From NCBI GenBank assembly GCA_030141605.1, contig JAQGDQ010000223.1, positions 66,642-130,641 on the forward strand: DNA of 64,000 nt. Direction: 5' to 3'. Positions 11,641-23,309 of this stretch are shown piece after piece. This stretch comes from Tubiluchus corallicola. Taxonomy: Eukaryota > Animalia > Priapulida. The stretch's first letter is position 1, and every line of letters starts with the position of its first letter. The notes beneath the pieces are model-generated. The model was not told the origin of the DNA. It ran no database searches and saw only the letters and a program-made list of their open reading frames with translations. A program made the position numbers and the translations under genes.

Positions 11641-14600
11641 ATGGTTAGTTATTAATGTTTAGTTAAAATTAGTAACTTTAATGCTTTAACTTTAAACTGT
11701 TATTAATTTTAGCATTTTTTAAAAACTGCTAAATTATAGGACTAAATGATTTTATGCTATGCTATTGTAATGTTTCTCATTTTAGGGTTCATTGATTCCT
11801 GACACATTAAAACAAATGAATGAAGATGAAGACTTTAAGATTACAACAAAGGCACTAGAAGAACTGGGTCAAAAGCAACTGACAAAAGAAGAAAGGAAGA
11901 AGCGTCAGCGAGCTTTAGACAAATTAGGAGTTCCTAACTTTCTTGCTTTTTGGCGAGCTGAAAAGGCTAAGCTTGGTTTGGCAGGTATGTGTAATCTGTA
12001 TAGTGTGTTGCACTCTGATGTTTGCAACATCATTGGCCTTTTTGTGCAAAACTAAATGAAATAAGAAATTAAACGAGTCAGCCAGGTGTATCATGGAAAC
12101 GTGTGTTGTATAGTAGCCATTCATATGTTATAAGATTTTCATGTGATTAGTAAGTATTCAGCAAAATCACAAACTTACACCTAGGCTTACACCGATCATA
12201 AGAATGTGTATTTTCTGAGCTTTTGAGGTCACTCCACACAATTTTTTTGGTTCTTGTGCAGACCAAGAAAACCGTCTAAGGAAGACAGAAGTAGGGATTC
12301 TGCAGTTAAACATCTCTTTGTACTGTAACCAGGCATGCAGTCATTGCCACGTGGAATCGTCACCTAAGAGGAAGGCGGAAATGATGGATAAGGAAACTGC
12401 TGATCGTTGCTTACACCTACTTGACAACAGCCCATCTATACACACTTTGGACCTCACAGGTTGGGCCATTTGCAAACTTTGTTTGAAATATATATAATAT
12501 GTAGTTAAATGTTGTTGAAATTTAGTAGCGTGTAAGTAATTAGCTATTACGGGGGTTTTACGTTCTGGCCCTGGATTCGTTTAGGGTTCCAGAACAAGTA
12601 GTGGATTAATATGTAAATTTCCAATCTACTTTAATATGCCATGGTTACCAGTTAGATTTTTGCATATTTTTGTTGACAGGTGGGGCTCCTGAACTCTGTT
12701 CCGAATTTCGATACTTGGTGAGGCAAGCACGAAAAATGAGAAGCGATTTGAAGATTATCGATAGATGCAACTTGACTGTACTTTTGGAGCCAGGCAAGTT
12801 GTTTTTGTTCACAAGCACAAGCAGTTCTGCATGATTAGTTTCTGTTATGTGCAGATACAGACACTTTAAAACGTTTAGTTTAGTTTATTTGTTTACTTGT
12901 TATTCCAAAAGCGACAACAGTATTTTATGCCAAGTGTACAATATAGAGATATCAGAAATAATCTTAAATAAGATATAAATTAACGAATTATGATGAGCCA
13001 GACAAATAATTATATGCTCAAATCAAAAGGTAAACTTGAAAGATCTTAGCTGAACAGGCAATATGAAATAACGGGGTGCAGGACGTGCAAAATAAAGGAA
13101 GGAGTGAATGTGAAGATGTGGTGAGAAAGATGATAAAATAATGGGGAATGAAAAAATGTAAGGATAAGATTAAGTCTAAGCATTCGAATTTACATAAAAG
13201 AGCCATAGCAACCAACATCCCTTAATATGAATATGTACGGCTTTTCTTGACATTTATTATTATTATTATTATTATTATTGTTATTATTATTATTATTACA
13301 CAAACTTGTACCACATTGTTAACTTTTATTCTATAGCGAGTAACAACAAAATCAGAATTACAGTTACACCTGTTAACAGATCACATTAAAAAAGCTTTGA
13401 ATAATTCACTAGTATTAAATTTATTCGTAAATAAATGTATCATCCAATTCAAGAACATGGTGCAGCAAAAACACGTTGAGTAACTATTTGCTCAGTCTCT
13501 TCACTTTATTACTTAACTTGCCAATTATTTCCATTTCTGCACAGGAAGATCTCAGACACTAATTACCGTAGCTCTTTTGTGTAGTGCTTAGAATGCTCAC
13601 TGATTGGATCTCTGATGCAGTGAGGTGTAAGAAGACCTTATATAGATCTTGCAGAAACCTGATGTACAGTCTAGAATTCTCCATAACATTAGGTAGAAAA
13701 CAAAGATCGAATTAATACTAGTTGCAATTTATTATATGAATTGTATCATGTGGTATCCTAGGAGCAGTAAATGCTAAATCTGCCAAATTTTTGCCAATTA
13801 GACATTGGCCCTCGATGCACAATAATTTAGTTACATTACTATTTCTTCATTTTGTCATTCAGCATCTCAAAAATGTCAACATTAAATAAACTACAATACA
13901 GTAGTTTATTATTAATAGCAACAAGTGTAAAGAAGTTACTTCTTTGATTTATTTGAAATGTTCGTAACAGTATTTTCTTGTAAACTTAGAGTTAGAAGAC
14001 ATGGTGGAATTTTTAGTTGAAAACAAAGTTGATATCATCGCATCCTTGCCGTGCTATACGACTAAGAATGTAAATCTGCAGCGAGGTAGTGGAGTTTTTG
14101 ATAGAAGTATTCGTGCTTTGAACATGCTCAATGATGCTGGATATGGCAAAGAGGGAACTGGCTTAGAGCTCGACTTGGTTTATAATCCTCTAGGTAAAAA
14201 GAGAAAGTGTAAATAATCGTTAATAATTTTGTACTGTTTATTGATTTTCTTCTTGGTGCGATATAATTGGGTTATTCGTCACGTCAAACTAAAGCCTTGC
14301 TATAGTATAAGCTTTTACAACCTAAAATCCTGCTCTCGTTACGAATATTCAATTTATTTTATTATAAACTTACTGTAAAACTTGTTTCTTTTGGATTTTT
14401 ATCACTTCGTCGTTAGCAGTATTAAAATTGAAGAATTGCCACTTTTTTGTTGCACGAGACGAATGACGTAATGAGTGCAAGCACGACCACACCAAAGATT
14501 GGTAAACAAACGTCGGTAACCAAAGACATTTCTGCACTATGTAAGTCATTTTCGTTCACTCGTGTCTTTGACGTGAAACATGCCAATCTTTACGGGAATG

Positions 14601-17600
14601 CACGTGTTCGAAGTTCACCAGAAAAAGGTAAGTTATTGAATTTGTAAGTTTCTTTTGTGCAAAAATAACTGTGAATTCTTTGTTTAATCATAATAGCACG
14701 TTAAAAAACTTCATTGTCTGTTGGGGTAATATCGGCCTTTCAGTAAGAGTATGCACATTGTAATACACACTTTTTTTACTAAATCACAATAATACATTGT
14801 TTGACCAAAGCTAGTTGGTAAATTCTTGTATAGAACTATGTTCTGAGTTGTTGCATATGGTTAATGGTGCAACTAAGTTAAGCAACATCTAGCATTACTG
14901 GCAAATGGATGGGCATCGAAACATGCCCTGAGCAATTTCATTTGCTATATTGCCACCTGCTATTAAAATAAGAACTTTCAGTAATCACTAGATAAATGAA
15001 AAAGTATAACGGACAGCTGCGAAAACCGCATGTTGACAATCCAACTTTTGCACCTTCTTTATCAGTGTCATAATAAATATTCACGACCAATAAGGGTAAA
15101 AAAACAATTTTCCTGAATTTCTTAGCCTGTCAGTTTCTTGTTAAATTTCTTTTATGTCTATTTAGTCAGTGATGGCATGGCTGAGTTATTGCAACTGAAG
15201 GTAGGCCACACCTAGCCGTACTAGTAAATGGTTGGGAGATCACCTAGAAAATCTTTTCTGGGCAGTTTTGCCTGCCATACTGCCATCAGCTGTTTATCTC
15301 AAGGAGGGACAATTATGTAAATCTCCAATGTTTTGTCAGTTTATTTTCTCATCTGAGTGATTTGTCATTGATGTTGATTAGGTTTCAGTCCTGCCAATAG
15401 CATCTAAATTAAGCAGGGCCTCCTGTTGAGTGCCAGGCCTTGACTTGGAAAATGATGATGCATATAAGAAATAAATAATGAAGTTTGCATTATGTGGTAA
15501 TATTTCATTTTATTTACCATTATTCATGTGTTTAGCCTAAATAATACAATCATGTTAGTGAATTAGTACAAAAAGTATGCAATATCAGCCTAATGATAAC
15601 TTTGCACAACATTCAAAAGAAAAATTGGTACAACGGTTCTAAAGAAACAGACTTGCAACTAATATATAGACAATTTTCAGATAAATTTATTTAATCTCTT
15701 GTAACACACGAAAAAATCAAAATAAGTTATTAGTATTAAGAGAAAAGGTGGCGAAAAGACCCCAGAGGTTAGCAAATCAGCCACCCTTTTAGTTAAAATT
15801 ATTAAAGAAAATCTAGCGACGATTTAATCTGGGATGAAACAAAAAAATGTAGCCAAAATGAAAAAAATATAATACTGAAAAAATGATAGCAAAAAATGAA
15901 TCAAACTAGTTTTAAGTGACAAAATAATATGCAAAAATAAAAAAAACAAAAAGCAACTAAGTTTAAGCCTTGGAAAGATTACATAAACTGCACAAGCAAA
16001 AATCAAGGGACTAACTTTGACCCTTGAAATTTCGATCTCTCCAATATCTACAAATGAATAAAATTTGCTAGTACATAGAAATCAGATAGTAGTTAAAAAC
16101 TGAAGTTGTTATTTTCATTAACATTATTCTATCCTAATTTATTTTTTACTAAAGAAATTATTTATAGGAGGATACTTGCCTCCACCACAGGCAGAACTAG
16201 AATTAAAGTACAAAGAAGAGCTATGGGACAACTTTGGCATAGAATTTAACAAGCTCTTCTGTATTACTAATATGCCAATCAAGCGATTTGTGGACTTCCT
16301 GAGTAGAAGGTACGTTTTTTTTCACCTGGTCATCGTACAGTTGTCACAAATAATATTAGTGGAAAACATATTAGTATTTTTTCTTTGTATATTCTCCTAC
16401 CTAATATTCTTTGTATATTATCATATGTAATACGTGCTGTTTGTGTGTTGTTGTTTTATCAAAGTCACATTAGGCCTTGGCAAACATTGCAGGGGTGAAC
16501 TGGAGGACTATATGCACCTGCTGATTAGGAACTACAATGTGTATACTATGGACAGCCTCATGTGTCGTGATGTACTCAGTGTAAACTGGAAAGGGGAGCT
16601 ATTTGACTGTGATTTTAACCAACAACTGGACATTACTGTCACAGGAGTAAAAAGTAAACATTTTTAGTATGCTTTTAAGTGACCAGTAAATTATACATTG
16701 ATAGCTATGGTTTTGTGGTAAAATGAAATCATCTTATATAATGAGACATATTTGCCTGTGCCAAACAAATACAATTTTGGCTAAGTCTGGACTTCGTCTG
16801 GTTTAAAATGGCAGCAGACCATTTTTGTGATCTTGTGAAACATAAGTATCTTCTAAACTTATGGCCACATCTTTAGCCTTGGCCACATGACCCTTTTTTT
16901 AAAGGAAACACATAGCCTTCTATGAGGTTAGGCTTATTTCAGTGTTCGCAAAAAATGTTAGAATTATTTAGTAATGAAATTGCAATAAACGCCTTGTGTA
17001 ACTAGTAAAATCACTTTAAAGTTGTGATCGCTTCATGCACTTCCATTTTCAATGCCCATTCTTCCAATGATGTCATTCGTCTCGAAGAAAAGCAGCACAC
17101 TGTCCATCTTCATTAAAAGTATAATAAGTTTTTACAAAAAAAATAGATAGCTAATTTTGTAATATTTTTGCATGAACATTTGCTAAGCTGCAGAAATTTG
17201 AATTAGTTTAAGCAGCGTGTGCTTCCGAAATGTCACGAAGTCTCACATTGAAGTCACGATTTTTAAGTGAATGGTGGCTACCACCACACCCGAAAATTTC
17301 TATTCAGATGCAGTATATTTTAAATTTATGCTTTATAGGCAGTTCTTTGCAAGTTTCTTTGTTATGTTTTTGTAAGTTTAAGTGATAACAGTAAAATAAG
17401 CCCAACATACTGAGTGACTTGTTCTTTCCTTTAAAGAATTACTAGATGTGGGTGTATTCCTGTAGTGCGGGAAACTGATATTGACTAACTGCCTTGAGGC
17501 TGGAAAATCATCTGGAGATTAATACTTTATATCGTTTCATACGTATGTGCTACAATATTACGAATTCATTATGTTGTCCATTCGTCTTCCAGTTGTCACG

Positions 17601-18397
17601 GATACAGCCTTTGCAAAGGCTAAGTCCTGTCACACTAATTGCCTGCATCTCGTGTAAATAGTCATTGTAATGATATAGTTAGCAAAATAAGAAGTTTAAG
17701 CGTATATGAACCTTTTAAGTCATATAGTGTCCATCTATTTTCAGCATCTAAACAACAAAAATTAGCAACACCAATAAACTGGCTGACTTCATTAATGTAT
17801 TTTATAATTTGCTGCTGCAAATTTGTTGAAGGCACTTGTTTGTTGGTTATTGTAACTTTTCACTTGGAGGATATGAATGAATTGAGTGTTCAAATTTTGC
17901 TCATTAATTCTAAAGTTAGGCTAAAGCAATTTAAACAAGGTTAAATATTGCTTAAGATTCCTAAAATCGAGCATTGTTGGGTGGAAAAACAAAGCAATTG
18001 AAGGCAAATTACAATGAAATTTATTTTACAAAGAAAGTCTATCATTTAAGACAAGAAGACTTAAGGCACAAAACACATGTGAGGAATGAAAGGAGAAGAA
18101 AAAAGCATGTGTTTTTTCTTTTCCTTTCATTCACTACATGTGTTTTGTGCCTTGTTACAGATTTTACTCTGATGAGTAAATAAACAAAAGCACGGCATAT
18201 TTTTACACGTTGCGGCATTATGTCTGACTTATAGTACACTGATTTTTTTAGGAAATTATCCAGAAAAGGGAAAAGCGCCAACAATATGGGATATTGAATG
18301 TGTGGATGCTTTGAAGAGTAATATAATAGCTATTGACAATCACTGCTTTGGCTGCACATCAGGTATGGGATCTAGCTGCCAAGGTGTCGTTGCTTAA
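11641..18397 (+). CDS. arsS: ArsS-like radical SAM / Cys-rich (DUF3641-type) protein; homolog of the arsenosugar biosynthesis radical SAM enzyme; about 388 aa, 8 coding segments
   Basis: Segments: 11641-11643 (ATG|gttagt, tentative start; alternative Met at 11816), 11786-11984, 12262-12459, 12680-12793 (GC donor), 13990-14193, 16168-16309, 16493-16653, 18252-18397 (TAA). Total 1167 nt, in frame with no internal stop. Motifs: LQLNISLYCNQACSHCHVESSP (CxxxCxxC), LDLTGGAPEL, IIDRCNLTVLLEP, IIASLPCY, QRGSGVFDRSI, LDLVYNP, LPPPQAELE, ITNMPIKRF, LMCRDVLSVNWKGELFDCDFNQQL, NHCFGCTSGMGSSCQG. Confidence 0.9.
13253..13297. repeat. (TTA)n microsatellite
   Basis: Directly visible. Confidence 0.95.
15170..15292 (+). 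mobile_element. 5S rRNA-derived SINE relic (related relic at about 14860-14960)
   Basis: ACTGAAGGTAGGCCACACCTAGCCGTACTAGTAAATGGTTGGGAGATCACCTAGAAA resembles the 5S A-IE-C box region. The 14860 copy has CTAAGTTAAGCAACATCTAGC...GGATGGG and a similar tail. Confidence 0.45.
18063..18153. repeat. Near-perfect 91-bp palindrome/hairpin
   Basis: AAGGCACAAAACACATGT..GAATGAAAGGAGAAGAAAAAA pairs with TTTTTTCTTTTCCTTTCATTC..ACATGTGTTTTGTGCCTT. Confidence 0.9.
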
Positions 18398-21300
18398 GCA
18401 CAGCCACAAGGTAAGTTCCTTTCAGATTCAACAAAGGTATTGTCCTCTTGGAGCTATGCCATGTGCCAGCGATTTTTGAAAAACCTATTGATTAGTGCTG
18501 TAACAATACATCTAAGTCACGATGTGATACATATCATGATACATATGGAATTAAGTGTTGAAGAAATCAAAAGTGCTTGATTTTGGAGGAGGTGAATGAA
18601 ATTATATATGTGTATAATGATTTTCTAAGTTGCTGGCCATAGGATTATAAGAAATTTTTTTATTTGTGTGTACTTTGTAATGCAATCACATTTTTTGGAT
18701 TAGGCATTTTCAAAAATTGGCTTACAGACTTACATATTATAATATACAATTTTTATATTTGACTTTTGTTGCGCTATATCAACTGATGTTTGTTAGACAT
18801 TTACAGCCATGGTTGCTATACAAATAATTGTTGCATTTTTATAAATAATGCGATCTATTTCATATTATAGTACGCAAATTTTCCAACTGCTTTTATTGTA
18901 CATATCAACTGATATATTATGTTAATTCAACCATGATGACTTTTGGGCAAATGTTGATTAGATTAAAATGTGATCGATTTAACATATTATATATTAATAT
19001 TATATTGAGCAAATTTTGGTACATGTCCGCTTATATTTATGATTATTATAACTATCTCTTCAGAAATAAACAAATATGTACAGTATGCATAGATCTGTAA
19101 CTGTGTGCACAGTCTATAACTGTATTTCTATTTATTATTAATTTTATATGACTTTAAAAAGCAAATTCTTGCCAAAAATAGATGCTTTTAAAGCAAAGTG
19201 AGGAAAGAAAATTAAGAAATAAATGAAGGGTTAAATAGGGCTATTAAAAATGGAAAAAGATTTTTCAGGACAACATTATAGACATCTAACTGTTAACTAT
19301 AATGTGGTAATTTAGCTATTCAAACTAACAAATTACGTAATACATAATTAACTGTATAACCATTGGGCTTATTTGTGAGCACCATTATATAATTTTATTT
19401 GAGAGTATTTAAAAGCGTGCAATGCAAGCTAGTTTTATATTTTTGAGTATTGCTATTTCCACAGTGTGGACACAGTGAATGTTATAAAATGTTTAACTGT
19501 GTTTGTGTTGCAGGCTTATGGTGTAAACTTTAAACCCTGAGACAGACAGATAACTAGGTTTTTATTGACTCAGGGTCAAAACATTGTATAATCAGTCTGA
19601 CACTACAATGTTAGTTAATGCACATGATCTGCATATATATATTTTAAAATAGTAATAGGACAAACTGTATATTTTTGTATTACAGCTTTTGGTATGTTCA
19701 GTTGCCATGTTTCATGAATTATATTAAATAATTTTGTCATACATATCCACTGACATTGGTGATTATATTTAATGGGAATGACTGCCATTAAATGGATTGT
19801 AAATGTATTTTGTGTATGTTTCTGCATAAACTACTATGTACTTTATCATCGTGAAATTGTAAATACAGAAGCCAATATATACAATGTTGTCATAATTCCA
19901 AGGTGTTGCATGTCACTGAATGTGTAAGTTTGTGTTGCATTTGAGGAACTGTACTGCAAAGACAAAGGCTTTAGTTTGTGGTATGGCTTTTGTAATTTTC
20001 ACAGTTTTATTAGGATATTCTGCAGTGCTTATATAATTTGGGTAGGCTACAGTTTTGCTGTTGCACCAGTTTTAGTAATTAGTTTTCCGAGATTTACAAT
20101 AAATATTGTGTTTTGTTAAATTCTCTGATCGTATCAGATGTGCACATTATCAACTTTCACAACCATAACTCCAGTAGCAAATACAAATAGTATAACTTTT
20201 TTTGACTAACCTAGTCAAGTGATGTGACTAAATTGGTTCTGAAAAGTTGTACTTTTATCTGCTAGTTATTTGCCTATTAGCATCTCTTGACTCTGTATGA
20301 TTATGATGACTTTATTTGTTTAAATTATGTCTACAAATGATTTTTTTTGTGTTGATCAGTATCATGATTGTGCTTAATGGCAGTATACTCATAATTTTTT
20401 ATAAATTTATAGTTACAGAATTTATTTAGGGTTTTTAGTTTAATCGTTAATATTGTAAAATAATAAAATTAATGCTGATTACTTTTATAATGATTTATTT
20501 GTAGAAAAAAGTTGTGACTCATATATTTTATAATCTTAATTTCAAATTTTTTTAGTAATAGGTAAATGAACCCACGATTGTTATATTTTGAAACCAAACC
20601 TGTCTGAAAGTCGAGATTTCCGGTTTCTATATCCTTCGAAATACTGAATTGACTGTGAGCTACAATGATTGAATTAGGTCCTGTTGTGATCATTGCGCAG
20701 AGTAATCTAGAGGTTATGGCATTGTATAAATTCTCTAGTTTAAATCCACGCTCTGTCTCAACGTTTTCACATTTTCCTTTTTTCAGAAACTATGTTTGGT
20801 TTGAAAATTTCAAAATGTTTTGTGCTGTATTAGTTTAGGTTTTCAGATATGTGAAACTATTTGCTGGGTCTATATAATATTTAGGTTGAAAAATAAAAAT
20901 TGAAATATGCAGATGTATGAGTTTGTTGTAGATTATGTTTCTGTTCCCTGGAATATGATACTGTGATTTGTAATCCTGTAATTATAGTGGTGCTTGTCAT
21001 TTTTTTATTCTTTAGCTGCTCACACATAAGCAAACGACACTAATAAACTCTTTTTCTACATATTAATAACGATTATTATTATTCATTAAAATACATAAAC
21101 TATAAAAACTTCATTGGGTAAAATTGATGCATAAGAATACAATATTATTGTCTTGTTTGCTTCCACATCTGAAATTCATTATTGTCAACTACAAGTTCAT
21201 CAGTAATTTCAAATGATTTTGTGAAAAGGGTGAATCAGGAGTTAATGTTATATGTTGCAATATTCGATACTGAGAGTATAAGATACTGCCAAAGTATATC

Positions 21301-22741
21301 ACGAAGGCTGCCAACTATTACTCAAGTTAGCAAGTTAATTTTGACCTGGTTATAAATAATTTCTATTATCAGTGACATACATCAGATAAAATTTGTTTGT
21401 TGTAACATATTAGATTCAATTTTCAGACAGCGAAAGCAAAAAAATATGAGTACAGCTTACAAGCAGTATTATTCAATTATCTTTATGCTTTCAACCTTAG
21501 AAATTAGTTCCAGAAAAAATAAATTTGTTTATAGTCTTCCTGATCAGAATTGTTTTATAAATGAATTGTTTTATGGTTGTTAGCATAAGTAGACTAAAAT
21601 GTACAATACTTTATTAATTTTAACATTATAAAGAAAATAAATACCTTATTTACGCTTATAGCAACAACACTTAGTTTCTTTAAAAAAGCTCAATTTTATC
21701 AAGTTTTCCATCTAAAGACAAAAACGTCTAGAAAGTAGCAAGCTTACAAAATTATTCTATAATACTTGTGCAAAAATGGGAAGTTACATAAAGTAGATTA
21801 TTCTGTACAAATTGACAGCGTGCAATTTAATACTGTAGAGTCAGTTAATGTACTTGGCACATTATATTTAAGCTAAAAGGCTTCTGAGGAAATAACAGTA
21901 ACAACAGACAAAGTTATTTTATTACTTACAGTTATAGATAGACATCTGTATTAAGACTCTAATTTTTTACAAAGACTGACTTGATAATACATTTTCAAGC
22001 TTCCGCTACACTTTCTTTCAAATTAGTTATTTAATCTTCATTTTAAGTCTGCAAAGTGTATAACTACACCTGATATTGACTTCTAATTGAAATCACATGT
22101 CATTTTCTGGAATGTTGGTGATTGCTATTTACATCTTACCTGTATCTATTACCTGCTGGTTCATCATTACACGCGACATAATTACAATTACCACCTGAAG
22201 AGCTACACTACATGACATACCATACCTTCGTAAATATTAACAGCATGGATGATGGCGTTTGCAGCTTCAATTCAAATTCATTATGTTAATAATATTGCCG
22301 ACGAAGTATCTAAGCTAAAATGAGGATGGAGCCCCATCAGCACTATTTGGACCACAAGCAGCTGGCGGTGGATGGGCTGGTATTATTTTTGTGTGATGCA
22401 GATGATAAAGAACAGCCTGGTGTTCACAGTTTTGGTCATGCATCACACAAAGAAAAAGCTGAAGTGGTTACTATGAGTTAGATAACTTTGAATAAGAAAT
22501 TACAGTGACATACGAAAAAGAAGCCACACCTTCAACATGATTATGCTGAATGATTACACATGGTGATGTCATTATGTTTTCTTGGCTAATATCACCTAGT
22601 TGGTGCACATACATTCGCTGAATATTTATGAGAAATCGATTATTTATAATCTTATTTTCGAGATTATCATTAATGATGGCACAAACCCACAATTAATTAC
22701 ACTTTGATGCCAAACTCAGAAGATAAGAAATGTAAAAAGTT

Positions 22742-22804
22742 GGAATCTGAGTTTGAACCAAGCCCTTCAGCTTAAAAGACAAATCCCATAACCACTAGGC
22801 CACC
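22742..22804 (-). mobile_element. tRNA-derived SINE head / tRNA pseudogene
   Basis: Minus strand GGTGGCCTAGTGGTTA (A box) ... GGTTCAAACTC (B box) at tRNA-like spacing; the acceptor stem is not intact. Confidence 0.55.
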
Positions 22805-23309
22805 TTGTTCCTCGATGCTTATGGTATTCAAATTCATCCCTTATGGCTGGTCAACCTTTCAGCATTTCTAATGCTAGATCACTCACACTAGTGTGCTAAT
22901 AACTAATTAGATAATTTTGTTTTGATTAATTTGGAGCTTGAAATTTCTGTGTGTAATGCATGTTAGTTTTTTAAACAGGAACACATTTTTTCGTGAAGGA
23001 TGCAAAAAGCTTCTTTAATAGGTTTACCTTCCTGGGACAATGCATGGTTCATATGGTACACCATATTTGAGGGTGTGCTAGCTGCAGCATGTGTGCGTGC
23101 ATAAAGGACAAATAGACAGACAGATTTTTATCTTTAGATGCATAGGAAAGTAGATTTTACTGTACTTCATAATGTGATGCACCATGATCTGCATCCATGA
23201 GCACCACCTGCATCTAGGGATAAATCGTATCCGGTTGCTTTAAATCCTATAATTTGTTGCAGGAGTGTTAGCGAAAGTTGCTAACAGGTGGCACTGCAAT
23301 GAGCCTTCT

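Noticed and set aside
11641-18397. Bacterial contamination or recent transfer as the explanation for the arsS-like gene
   Set aside because: Seven spliceosomal introns, host repeats inside them and continuity with NUS1 and KChIP.
1703-18397. Functional cluster of NUS1 (polyprenyl synthesis) with ArsS for arsenolipid synthesis
   Set aside because: Only adjacency supports it; NUS1 is a housekeeping dolichol-pathway gene. It would need conserved synteny and co-expression.
18398-20500. SECIS element in the ArsS-like 3' UTR
   Set aside because: No in-frame TGA to recode and no convincing AUGA/AA/GA stem found by eye.
22742-22804. Functional tRNA gene
   Set aside because: A and B boxes are present but the cloverleaf stems are broken; treated as a SINE head.
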